37,819 bases of DNA from the NCBI GenBank assembly GCA_023143685.1, contig JAGLHE010000119.1, positions 1 to 37,819 on the forward strand. Reading direction: 5' to 3'. Below, one piece after another: positions 9,007 through 17,673 of this stretch; within the stretch, counting starts at the first letter, position 1; each line of letters opens with the position of its first letter. Both the position numbers and the translations under genes were made by a program. The stretch is from Candidatus Omnitrophota bacterium. Its GTDB lineage: Bacteria > Omnitrophota > Gorgyraeia > Zapsychrales > JANLHA01. A model generated the notes under the pieces. The model did not search any database. It saw only the letters and a program-made list of their open reading frames with translations, and was not told the DNA's origin.

Positions 9007-10095
9007 TCATCCACCACTAACCAGATTGACAATATTCCCCGCCGCGTCAGGCTGGGCGAGCTTTTTGATATTTTCTTTGGCTTCCTGCAAATCTTCTTCA
9101 GATATCCGCAGGCCATTTAAAACTTTTGCCATCTCTTCAATCGGACAATTGCTGATACCGATACCATATTCTTTTAAAACCTTAATATTATTGGTCTCCT
9201 GGCCTGGAATGGCATTAAAAAATATCATCGGCAAACCACTCACCAAAGCTTCCGAAATTGACAGCCCGCCGGGTTTAGTAATCATCGCGTCTGAAACCGC
9301 CATCAACTCATCCATATTATTAACAAGCCCGCACACTTTCACAAGATCTTTCGGCTTCTTGCTTAATCGTTCATACAAGGCTTTGTTATGCCCGCATACC
9401 ACAATAATCTGCATACCGGGAAGCAGCTGAATAATTTTCTCAATCGGGCCAAATCCAAACGAACCAGTAGCAATCAACACCGTGAACAAATCATCATCTA
9501 ATCCTAATTTCCGCTTTAACGCCGCGATATCATCATGCCGTGTAAACTTTTCATCCGTCGGAATTCCGGTAACAACAATATTTTCATCAGGGATATCTAA
9601 TATTGCCAACTTCTTCTTCGTCCAATCACTTGCCACACAATACGTATCCACTCCTTTGGCCAGCCAGATACGATGCACATCAAAATCCGTCACAATCGAA
9701 ACAATATGTGAACCAATCTTTCCTTTTATCTTTAAATAGCCCGCCACTTCGTTTGTAAGAAAATGTGTCGAGAAAATATAATCAAACTTCTCTTCAATTA
9801 AATAATTTTCAAGTTTTTTCGTATTAAAGATATTCTGCAGCCGGCGGGAAAACCGCATCACCGGGGACATAAACGGCAAGTCCAGCAACCCAAACGCGAA
9901 TGCCCATAACCACGGTATTTTGGAAACAAGAAATGTGTAACCTTTACTATAGGACACCTTGTAAAGAAAACTTGTGTAATCGAGGCAATCAACGAGGGTA
10001 ACTTGATGGTCGGTTTTCTCAAACTCCTGAGCCAGGGCTTCGGCTGCACGCCTATGACCTGCTCCGGCTGTGGCATAAATGATGAGGATTTTCAT
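9007..10095 (-). CDS. MGDG-synthase/UgtP-like diacylglycerol glycosyltransferase (GT28 family)
   Basis: N-terminal ILIIYATAGAGHRRAAEAL and C-terminal ITKPGGLSISEAL...PGQE motifs, typical of MGDG_synth plus the GT28 C-terminal domain. Confidence 0.8.
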   Translation of the reverse strand: MKILIIYATAGAGHRRAAEALAQEFEKTDHQVTLVDCLDYTSFLYKVSYSKGYTFLVSKIPWLWAFAFGLLDLPFMSPVMRFSRRLQNIFNTKKLENYLIEEKFDYIFSTHFLTNEVAGYLKIKGKIGSHIVSIVTDFDVHRIWLAKGVDTYCVASDWTKKKLAILDIPDENIVVTGIPTDEKFTRHDDIAALKRKLGLDDDLFTVLIATGSFGFGPIEKIIQLLPGMQIIVVCGHNKALYERLSKKPKDLVKVCGLVNNMDELMAVSDAMITKPGGLSISEALVSGLPMIFFNAIPGQETNNIKVLKEYGIGISNCPIEEMAKVLNGLRISEEDLQEAKENIKKLAQPDAAGNIVNLVSGG

Positions 10096-10101
10096 AAAGC
10101 T

Positions 10102-10707
10102 TTATTTTCGCTTTATCGCCTTTTTCGAACCGTTAGTTCCGTTTAAAAAACCATTTTGACTGGTAATCAGCCTGGCAGCATCATAAAGGTCTTTAACAAT
10201 ATGATTCGGCTGAACAAGCCAGGTACGCATATAACGTCGATTTTCTCTACCTGAAAGGACAAAAATTGTCTGACAGCCTGAAGCATATCCGGCTTCAATA
10301 TCCATTTTTGTATCACCGACAAAATAGTCTGTGTTAAATGATGCCTTGGACTTATCCATCATCTTCAATGCTTTGAAAACAGATCCTGGCCCTGGCTTAC
10401 GGCACGTACACCCCGCATCCGGCTTATGCGTACAATAAAAAACTTTCCTGATTTGCCCACCGGCTTTTTCAACCGCTTTGGTTAATTTATTCGTGATCCG
10501 GTTTAATTTATCTTGCGAGAAAACCCCTTTTCCCACACCTGCCTGGTTAGACACCACAAAAACCTGATATCCGACATCACTTAATATTTTAATCCCTTCC
10601 AACGCGCGCGGGATAAAATGCAAGTCCTTAACCTTGGTTACGTATTCTCCGTTTCCTGGAAAAACGTTAATCACACCATCTCTGTCTAAAAAAACTGCTT
10701 TTTTCAT
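10102..10707 (-). CDS. gmhB: D-glycero-D-manno-heptose 1,7-bisphosphate phosphatase (HAD-IIIA)
   Basis: AVFLDRDGVIN, VVSNQAGVGKG, Zn motif CTHKPDAGCTCRKP, VGDTKMD. Confidence 0.85.
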   Translation of the reverse strand: MKKAVFLDRDGVINVFPGNGEYVTKVKDLHFIPRALEGIKILSDVGYQVFVVSNQAGVGKGVFSQDKLNRITNKLTKAVEKAGGQIRKVFYCTHKPDAGCTCRKPGPGSVFKALKMMDKSKASFNTDYFVGDTKMDIEAGYASGCQTIFVLSGRENRRYMRTWLVQPNHIVKDLYDAARLITSQNGFLNGTNGSKKAIKRK

Positions 10708-10728
10708 CTTACTTCTCCACCTCTTGCA

Positions 10729-11532
10729 TCATACTTTTTCTGTTTTTGCGTCTTCTTCAGGCGACGGGCGACAGGCACCAAACGACTGCCTCATTTCCCA
10801 ATATTTTGCATAACTCATAATTTGATACAAAGACGCGCCAAACGCCAGAATAAATCCAATTAATCCATCTTTTAGGCCTTTTTTTCGAAAAAACGCCCTA
10901 AAAAAACGGTCAATTGAACGCCGAATAATCTTTCCTCGTGTAATATTTTGGCCTGTTCGCGCCCACTTTAAAGCTTCACGGGTAGTCTGGCTATTTAATT
11001 TTTCAAAAAAATGCTCAAAATCCCGGTAACTTTTATGAATAATATCCCGCGTCAACTGGCTGGTTTGGCCATCCACATAGGCTTTAGGATGGACTTCGAC
11101 TTCTTCATATCGAAAACATTCCGGCTTAAACAACTTGATCTTACTAGCCGGATACCACCCCCCATGCTTGATCCAATAATCGCCGATATAATTGCGTAAC
11201 GGTATGGCAAACGCTTGAACTTGTGCATTGTCCAAGACAGAATCAATTTCGTCTTTCAACTCTTGTGTAACCTGCTCATCCGCATCCAGACTCAAAACCC
11301 ACTCATACCTGGCCTGTGCATATGCCCAGTTACGCTGTTTACCTTCATTATCCATTTTACTCTGTAAAAGAACAGGTGAATACTTCTGAGCAAATTCAAC
11401 GGTTTTATCCGTGCTTTCGTCGTCAACCAGAAGAATTTCATCTGCCCAGCCATAAACGCTTTCCAAACAGGCTGCGATGTTATTTTCTTCATTTTTTGTT
11501 AAAACAACGACTGATAGACTGAAATTTCTCAT
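10729..11532 (-). CDS. Family 2 glycosyltransferase
   Basis: LSVVVLTKNEENNI, LLVDDESTDKT, LSLDADE (DxD). ATG at 11532; the track extension to 11640 is rejected. Confidence 0.8.
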   Translation of the reverse strand: MRNFSLSVVVLTKNEENNIAACLESVYGWADEILLVDDESTDKTVEFAQKYSPVLLQSKMDNEGKQRNWAYAQARYEWVLSLDADEQVTQELKDEIDSVLDNAQVQAFAIPLRNYIGDYWIKHGGWYPASKIKLFKPECFRYEEVEVHPKAYVDGQTSQLTRDIIHKSYRDFEHFFEKLNSQTTREALKWARTGQNITRGKIIRRSIDRFFRAFFRKKGLKDGLIGFILAFGASLYQIMSYAKYWEMRQSFGACRPSPEEDAKTEKV

Positions 11533-11649
11533 AAATGAAGCCTTCCACAATCCCCACCATATTTTTGGGTGGGGGTATCCAGGCCGGGCTTCATTCCTTT
11601 TGGTACAGTGCCCCCCAAGACAAACGCACCCGTAACTCAAAAGAAATAA

Positions 11650-11889
11650 TCACTTAATAAGTATACCGACACCCCAAGATCGAATCAACGCAAATAGCAT
11701 TTTTTTTGCTCTGGGAGAAATCCTCCTCGACAAAAACAAAAAAAGATGCGAAAACAATATTCCGGCATCTTGCTTTTCAAACGATAGATTTGGATATATT
11801 GTGGAAGGAAATTTATTCTTGGCGAGCGAGATCATTTCCTCCGAGTTATCAATGCCTACCACGTTGCCATCTTTAACCCAGATTTTCCT
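11650..11889 (-). pseudogene. Remnant of a class I SAM-dependent methyltransferase (5'-truncated, decayed 3' part)
   Basis: The frame opened after a TGA at 11892-11890 reads RKIWVKDGNVVGIDNSEEMISLAKNKFPSTIYPNLSFEKQDAG. This resembles the post-motif-I to motif-II region of Methyltransf_11/25 proteins. Motif I (GxGxG) is missing because the hflX 3' end occupies that space, and the remaining 35 codons show no similarity. Confidence 0.35.
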
Positions 11890-13117
11890 TCAAAAAAACC
11901 CCGGCAAAGCGTGCCGGAAGGGACCCTCTTAAATGAATAGAATCATTATAATACTTAACAGAGTACACCTGTCCCTGTTCATGTGCCAAATTAACCAAAT
12001 CCATCCGGCCGATAGGAATCTTCACATCAATCTCCACAATCAGGGCAGCCAGCTGCTTAGAAACAGCATCAACTAATGCTTCAAAATTTTCCCCGTTTTT
12101 AGCAGATATCGCCACAGGATTATTAACAATCCGATCCAATCCGGTTAAAAATGACCGGTCTTCACATAAATCGATCTTATTTAAAACCGTAATCACCGGC
12201 CTTCCCGCAACCTCCAGCTCACGGGAAACCTCCAAAACAGCCTCATATCGTTGCCGAAAATTCGGGCAACTCACATCCAAAACATGAAGAAGAAGGTCCG
12301 CCTCCTTCACCTCTTCAAGTGTTGCTTTAAACGATTCGATCAAATGGTGCGGCAACTCATGCATCAACCCAACGGTATCCGAAACAACCACCTTTTGACG
12401 ACTCGGCAAGACCATTTGTCGGGACAAAGAATCCAGCGTCGTAAACAACCCGTCACGGACAACTTGATCAGCTTGCGTTAAAACATTAAAAAGAGTAGAT
12501 TTTCCCGCATTTGTGTATCCGACCATCGAGATTACAGGAACCCCTTTATCCCGACGTCTCTTTCTTGTTAACGAACGACTTGAGACCACATCTTTCAATT
12601 TGCGTTTCAACTTTCCAACACGCTCTAAAATCCGGCGACGGTCAACCTCAAGTTTCGTTTCCCCAGGCCCTAACGTTCCAATCCCACCTCCCAACCGGGA
12701 CAAAGCAATCCCTTTTCCGACAAGACGGGGCAAAAGGTACTCAAGCTGTGCTAATTCCACCTGCATCTTCCCTTCCTGACTGGTGGCATGCCGCGCAAAG
12801 ATATCCAGGATCAACTGTGTTCTATCAATTGTTTTAACCTTTAATTTTTCTTCAAGGTTACGCTGCTGGTTCCCTTTTAAATCCTGGCTAAAGATGACCG
12901 TATCAACATCAATCATCCCGCACATACCGGCAATCTCGTCAACCTTACCCTTACCGATCAAGTATGGGGCAGAAGGTTTTTCTAAACGGCAAATAAACGT
13001 TTCAACCGTTTCACCACGACATCCGTCAACAAGTTCTTTCAACTCATCAGCGATATCTTCAGCAGACCATCCGGTCGGGCGTTTGTAATCTATGACAACA
13101 AGTAATACTTTTTCCAT
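11873..13117 (-). CDS. hflX: GTPase HflX
   Basis: HflX N-domain (QLILDIFARHATSQEGKMQVELAQLEYLLPRL) and G-domain motifs GYTNAGKST, DTVG, NKID. Confidence 0.95.
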   Translation of the reverse strand: MEKVLLVVIDYKRPTGWSAEDIADELKELVDGCRGETVETFICRLEKPSAPYLIGKGKVDEIAGMCGMIDVDTVIFSQDLKGNQQRNLEEKLKVKTIDRTQLILDIFARHATSQEGKMQVELAQLEYLLPRLVGKGIALSRLGGGIGTLGPGETKLEVDRRRILERVGKLKRKLKDVVSSRSLTRKRRRDKGVPVISMVGYTNAGKSTLFNVLTQADQVVRDGLFTTLDSLSRQMVLPSRQKVVVSDTVGLMHELPHHLIESFKATLEEVKEADLLLHVLDVSCPNFRQRYEAVLEVSRELEVAGRPVITVLNKIDLCEDRSFLTGLDRIVNNPVAISAKNGENFEALVDAVSKQLAALIVEIDVKIPIGRMDLVNLAHEQGQVYSVKYYNDSIHLRGSLPARFAGVFLKENLG

Positions 13118-13317
13118 TTATTTCTCTTTTCTGTTTTCTGTCGTCCTTAATAATTTGATCAAGGACCGATAATGTCTTAAACATTTTTTAAATTCAAATC
13201 TAATATTTTAGCTTTTCCAAATTTAATTAGTTTGTACTCTTTCTGATCAGGATTCAGGATATAATTATGTTCAGTTTCAACTATCGCTGAGGGGATCCCT
13301 GGGACACTTATTTTCTT

Positions 13318-14106
13318 TTATTTGCCGGCCCATAATTTTTTCGTCAAATTGCCAGATTCAACCAATTTAAATCCAGGCAAGGCCCCTGCTCGCAGTGAAA
13401 GAGCAAGCAGGCCAGCTTCTTCCATAGTAAATTGGCCTGTTATTTGAACACGCCCATTTACTACAGGCTCACGAATTTTAGGGGCGCTCAATATCTCACC
13501 ATCTAAAATTATAGCTAGCCTGCTACCAATGTTGTCACCTGTTATTTTGGCAAAATCCCTGGCTCCTTTCTTATTAAAACGCAACATTACAACAGGTGTA
13601 TTAAAAGAAGCGCCACCTGCTTCCACTGTAGCATCTTTTATATTAGATTCATCTAAAATCACCCCACTAGAAAACAATATCGGTTCACCGTCTTTAAAAT
13701 ATTCCAAAGTTAACCCGGCAGGGATATTTCCTTCCAAGGCCGCCTTTAACAAAACCGGGTTATCTTCGATTAGTTTAAACTCAAGATCAGCGACGGCCTC
13801 AAACAAAAATTTGGTGACTGAATCCGACAACGGGATATATGGTAATTGTATAACGACTTTTCTTTCATTTATAGCTTTTATAACCCGCTGCTGTTTCTTT
13901 ACCCCGACCTCTTTAAATCTGTATTCATAAAATTCTTTAATTCTTTTTATGTTTTTCTTGTCAGCTATAGCGTCTCCCCCTGGTTCAACTTCAATAATAA
14001 AATAAGAGCCTTGCGCGAAGGAATCTTTCCATCCAGGTTCCTGGTTATGGTAAAAAAAGAACCATATGCATGCTAACAAAATGGCTAAAATAAAATTTTT
14101 ACTCAT
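13318..14106 (-). CDS. Stand-alone SecD-like protein: TM1 plus periplasmic P1 head only, no TM2-TM6
   Basis: N-terminal TM ILAILLACIWFFFY. Clear SecD P1 similarity: ADLEFKLI, VVMLRFNKKGARDFAKITGDNIGSRLAIILDGEILSAPKIREPVVNGRVQITGQFTMEEAGLLALSLRAGALP. The protein stops 22 aa later. The downstream 200 nt are non-coding. Confidence 0.75.
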   Translation of the reverse strand: MSKNFILAILLACIWFFFYHNQEPGWKDSFAQGSYFIIEVEPGGDAIADKKNIKRIKEFYEYRFKEVGVKKQQRVIKAINERKVVIQLPYIPLSDSVTKFLFEAVADLEFKLIEDNPVLLKAALEGNIPAGLTLEYFKDGEPILFSSGVILDESNIKDATVEAGGASFNTPVVMLRFNKKGARDFAKITGDNIGSRLAIILDGEILSAPKIREPVVNGRVQITGQFTMEEAGLLALSLRAGALPGFKLVESGNLTKKLWAGK

Positions 14107-14202
14107 TATGGCCTCTCCTGCTTATCATAATTTTGGTTTAACCAAGCTTGCTTAAACACTTTTCCAGAAGTGGAGTTTCCCCGTTTTTTTGCATTAGTGA
14201 TA

Positions 14203-14334
14203 GAAGAACAGTTTAGGGGGAACCTTAGGTCGCGAGTTCCGCAGCCGGCTGCCGACGAAAAAAAGAATTTATTTAGAAAAGGCAACCGCGCGAGGACTGT
14301 CTGAGCAGGCAAGGTTTCCCCTGAACTGTTCTTC
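14203..14334. other. 132-nt element bounded by 24-nt inverted repeats (candidate structured RNA or MITE-like insert)
   Basis: GAAGAACAGTTTAGGGGGAACCTT (14203-14226) versus AAGGTTTCCCCTGAACTGTTCTTC (14311-14334) is 22/24 complementary. An internal GCAG-CCGG-CTGC hairpin and a GGTTGCC/GGCAGCC pairing are also possible. It lies in a 300-nt gap between miaA and the SecD-like gene. Confidence 0.6.
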
Positions 14335-14407
14335 GCATTACGATTAATCATAAACGCGTGAGTTGCAAAATATTCCATAAATATCCGTCTCTTTTTCAGG
14401 AAAATTC

Positions 14408-15301
14408 CTATTCCAGAATGTTTGGGAGGACATCGCCCGGCTGAATATCTATCCACTGCAGCCGTTTGTCCCGCCGAAACCATGTTAACTGGCGCTTGGC
14501 GAACCGTCGGGTATTTTGTTGCATCATTTCCTTCGCCTGATCTAACTCATAATCACCATTAAAATAGCCTTGAATTTCCTCAACACCAATAATCCTCTGC
14601 GCTGTAAGGCTCAGCTCCTTGCCTTTAAGGCCTTCAATCTCCTTAACCGCCCCTTCCTGGAACATCTCCTCAACCCGTCGGTCAATCCGTGCATACAATT
14701 CCTGACGATCACGGTTAATCATAAAAATATCAATATCATGTTTTCCCCACAAACCGCAACGTTTTTTCTGCAATTGCGACATCGGCTGTTGGGTTACATG
14801 ATAAACCTCAAGCGCGCGAATAACCCGACGCACATCATTTGGATGAATTTTACAGGCAGCATCAGAATCAACTTGCTGTAATTCACAATAAAGTTTCTGA
14901 TTCCCCTCTTTTTGCACCCGGCCTTTCAATTGTTGACGAAAATCAACATCTTTTATAGTCTCCTCAAAAATGCCATCCAGAAGAATTTCCATATACATCC
15001 CGCTCCCGCCAACAACAACCGGGACTTTCTGTCCAGCCAAAACCTTTTGGATCGCCTCTGTTGCCAAAACATTAAATGCCGCAACATTAAACTCTTCTTC
15101 TACTGAAACCACATCGATTAAATGGTGAGGAATTTGTTCCCGCATTTCCAAGGAAGGTTTACTTGTAATAATGGAAAGTTCTTTGTAGACCTGCATCGAA
15201 TCGCATGAAACGATCTCGCCATTAATCTGGCGAGCTAATTGAAAGGCAATGTCGGTTTTACCAACAGCTGTTGGCCCCACGATAAAAATGATTTTCTTCA
15301 T
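14408..15301 (-). CDS. miaA: tRNA dimethylallyltransferase
   Basis: IIFIVGPTAVGKT P-loop, SCDSMQVYKELSIITSKP, GGSGMYME, FAKRQLTWFR. ATG at 15301; the track extension to 15376 is rejected. Confidence 0.95.
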   Translation of the reverse strand: MKKIIFIVGPTAVGKTDIAFQLARQINGEIVSCDSMQVYKELSIITSKPSLEMREQIPHHLIDVVSVEEEFNVAAFNVLATEAIQKVLAGQKVPVVVGGSGMYMEILLDGIFEETIKDVDFRQQLKGRVQKEGNQKLYCELQQVDSDAACKIHPNDVRRVIRALEVYHVTQQPMSQLQKKRCGLWGKHDIDIFMINRDRQELYARIDRRVEEMFQEGAVKEIEGLKGKELSLTAQRIIGVEEIQGYFNGDYELDQAKEMMQQNTRRFAKRQLTWFRRDKRLQWIDIQPGDVLPNILE

Positions 15302-15314
15302 ATCCTTATTCGTA

Positions 15315-15899
15315 TCATCCCCTCGGACGGCGTCTTTGGCCTTGCGGCCTTCCGGGATCAGAAAGGCCTGGCCCACGCCTTAAGGCTGGCTGATGATTTT
15401 CTCTCTTTTTCCGAAATTCTTTACGCAGCCGTTGCCGCTGATCCTTTGGCATGTCCTGCCATTTTTTGCGTTTCTGCCTTAACTGTTCGCGCTGCTCCGG
15501 CGGCATTTGCTGAAATTTCCGGAATTTTTTACGAAGACTTTTTCTCTGCTGCTCCGGCATTTGCTGCCATCGCGCATGCTTCTCTTTTAATGCTTTACGT
15601 TGCGGGGCTGGCAAATTCTTAAACTTCTTCCAATTCTCTCGAATCCTCTGTTTATTTTCTTGAGGCAAATTTCTAAACTCTAAATAACGTTGTTTAATTC
15701 TCTGACGGCTGCCCTTGTCCAGGTTCTTCCATTTCTTATATTTCTGCCGCAACGCCTGCTTTTGCTCTGCCGACATCTGATTCCATCTTGCCAAAGCCTC
15801 ATCATCTTGCGCGTGGACTACAGGGACATTCACTCCCCCGGACCAAAGGCAAGTCAAAAACAAACATAGAATAAATTGTAAAAAATATTTACGTTTCAT
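15315..15899 (-). CDS. Secreted, highly basic repeat protein (DUF3106-like; seven ~18-aa W/F-x-x-M/L-P-x-x-Q-R repeats)
   Basis: Signal peptide MKRKYFLQFILCLFLTCLWSGGVNVPVVHAQ. Repeats such as WQQMPEQQRKSLRKKFRK and FQQMPPEQREQLRQKRKK. ATG at 15899 (the track start at 15905 is TTG). It overlaps the anti-sigma stop by 11 nt. Confidence 0.7.
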   Translation of the reverse strand: MKRKYFLQFILCLFLTCLWSGGVNVPVVHAQDDEALARWNQMSAEQKQALRQKYKKWKNLDKGSRQRIKQRYLEFRNLPQENKQRIRENWKKFKNLPAPQRKALKEKHARWQQMPEQQRKSLRKKFRKFQQMPPEQREQLRQKRKKWQDMPKDQRQRLRKEFRKKRENHQPALRRGPGLSDPGRPQGQRRRPRG

Positions 15900-16377
15900 T
15901 TTCAATAATCTCCATATCTTCTAAAAACTCCAAATCTTCAAGGATATCCAAATTCTCTGCCAACTCCATAAACTCAACAATCTCCATATCCTCAGGGCTC
16001 ATCCGGCTTAACATATAACGTGTCTGATACGTCCGGGTCGTGTGAAACGCGACCACCCCAACAATCAAAATCCCCACAACAGCAGCATAAGCTCGCGCGG
16101 GCTTTTGAGGCACTAAAGCATTTTGAACAGCTTCTCTTAGGCGCTGGTTCCAGGATTTCTGCTGACTTATCCTTGTCCAAAAACGCGAAACATATCCCGC
16201 ATCCGGCTCTGCCTCCTGCCACTCTCCTAATAATTCCCAGTCATGTTCATAATCCGCAAGCTGTGCCTGACATTCTTCGCAGATGCCCAAATGCTGGCGA
16301 AAGCCCTCTTCCTGGTTGGGATCTAACGCGCCTTCAAGGAAATCCGGAATCAAATTTTTTAAATCTTCACATTTCAT
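15889..16377 (-). CDS. Anti-sigma factor (zf-HC2 type) with one TM helix and an acidic hexad-repeat C-terminal tail
   Basis: N-terminal MKCEDLKNLIPDFLEGAL...HLGICEECQ (HxxxCxxC). TM AYAAVVGILIVGVVAF. Tail EDMEIVEFMELAENLDILEDLEFLEDMEIIENET. ATG at 16377 is preceded by GGAGG. Confidence 0.8.
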   Translation of the reverse strand: MKCEDLKNLIPDFLEGALDPNQEEGFRQHLGICEECQAQLADYEHDWELLGEWQEAEPDAGYVSRFWTRISQQKSWNQRLREAVQNALVPQKPARAYAAVVGILIVGVVAFHTTRTYQTRYMLSRMSPEDMEIVEFMELAENLDILEDLEFLEDMEIIENET

Positions 16378-16460
16378 TTTCCTGGCCTCCACTTCTTAAA
16401 ACACTTTATGTATACAAAAGTTTCGAATTACTTAAAATCTTATAAGTATTTATATTAAAA

Positions 16461-17063
16461 CTATTGCCTCATGTACCCGGCCAAACTTTGCCTCAAACTC
16501 TCTCTTGCCCGGCTTAGCAAGGACTTAACAGCTGAAACAGACATATCCATCGTTTTCGCGATATCTTCATAAGATAATTTCTCATACCGTCGCAACACAA
16601 CCGCCATGCGTTGATTTTCAGGCAAGCTCTGCACTGCCTCCTGAACAACCTGCGCTGCCTCTTTTTTTTCTATTTCCTTAGATGGATTTGGCGCGTCCAC
16701 ATCTTCAACCTGACGCTTCACTTGTCCCTCTTGAGTAGGCACAGAATCATCAATAGAAACGCCGGAAAACTTTTTGCGCCGCAACTCATTTAAACTAATA
16801 TTTTTCGCAATGGTATAAACCCATGTTTGAAATTTCGCGCGCGGCTGATACGTCGGTGCCGCCTGATGAACTTTTATAAAGACTTCCTGCGTTAAATCCT
16901 CAGCAACCTCCCGGCTGCCTACAAACCTATAAATGAAATTAAAAATACGCGCATAATATTTTCGCATAAGCGTTTCAAAGGAGGACGCATCCCCTTTTTG
17001 AAACTCCAGCATAAGAAGGGTATCCGGGTCAGACATATATTGTGAAGGTTGTTCTTGCGGCAT
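16461..17063 (-). CDS. ECF-family RNA polymerase sigma factor
   Basis: Region 2 (ARIFNFIYRFVGSREVAEDLTQEVFIKV, FQTWVYTIAKN) and region 4 (LPENQRMAVVLRRYEKLSYEDIAKTMDMSVSAVKSLLSRAR). ATG at 17063. Confidence 0.9.
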   Translation of the reverse strand: MPQEQPSQYMSDPDTLLMLEFQKGDASSFETLMRKYYARIFNFIYRFVGSREVAEDLTQEVFIKVHQAAPTYQPRAKFQTWVYTIAKNISLNELRRKKFSGVSIDDSVPTQEGQVKRQVEDVDAPNPSKEIEKKEAAQVVQEAVQSLPENQRMAVVLRRYEKLSYEDIAKTMDMSVSAVKSLLSRARESLRQSLAGYMRQ

Positions 17064-17117
17064 CAAATTAAAGGATAAAATAAACTCGCTTGATATTTTT
17101 GTTTGCTCTCAACTATT

Positions 17118-17651
17118 TTATCGGCCAAACATCTCACGCAACCGCGCCTTAATAATCTCACGGTTACTGGGACGCATCTGGTTAGGATAGCTAAGCGCCA
17201 AGGCCCTGTTATCAACAACCACGCGGTTAGGGCTCGTTATAACCAGGACGCGGTTACTCACAGGCTTCTGCATTAAACTAAACCGGACAATTTCATGGTT
17301 TGGTATTGGTTTGCTTCTTTTAAAAACAACTATTTCCGGGGGAGAAATCCTGTCAACTTTCGGCAACCCCTTTGCAACAAAATCCTTTCGCAACTTCTCT
17401 AACCTTGCAGCCATCTTTTTATACTGATACGCATAAAATCCGGGGAGGACCTCTCGACGGACAAACTCAACCGCTTCTGGATTTTGATCGAGTTTTTCCC
17501 GCGCCTGCTTAATAGCAACATCATCTTCTGCTTGCAAAGCGGAAACAAACTCCTTGGCTATCGTCAGGAACTCTTGCTCTTCTTGCGCCTGAACATTTCC
17601 CACGCTCAAAAACCCGACCATCAACATTAACACCATTAACCGTTTCATCAT
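17118..17651 (-). CDS. Secreted hypothetical protein
   Basis: Signal peptide MMKRLMVLMLMVGFLSVGNVQAQ, helical N-half, C-half with recurring (S/P/D)NR(V/A/E) motifs. No family recognised. Confidence 0.6.
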   Translation of the reverse strand: MMKRLMVLMLMVGFLSVGNVQAQEEQEFLTIAKEFVSALQAEDDVAIKQAREKLDQNPEAVEFVRREVLPGFYAYQYKKMAARLEKLRKDFVAKGLPKVDRISPPEIVVFKRSKPIPNHEIVRFSLMQKPVSNRVLVITSPNRVVVDNRALALSYPNQMRPSNREIIKARLREMFGR

Positions 17652-17673
17652 CTCTTATCCCTTTCCACTTTTA

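Noticed and set aside
13118-13317. About 48 stop-free codons in frame after the SecD-like TAA stop (KKISVPGIPSAIVETEHNYILNPDQKEYKLIKFGKAKILDLNLKNV).
   Set aside because: No start codon, no similarity to SecD TM segments, and hydrophilic. It is most simply a chance open stretch, so read-through or a frameshifted SecD remainder is not supported.
14106-14483. 125-aa minus-strand ORF spanning the miaA 3' end and the long intergenic gap.
   Set aside because: It overlaps miaA in another frame, has no RBS, and gives a low-complexity, unrecognisable translation. Its body is the inverted-repeat element, which is better explained as non-coding.
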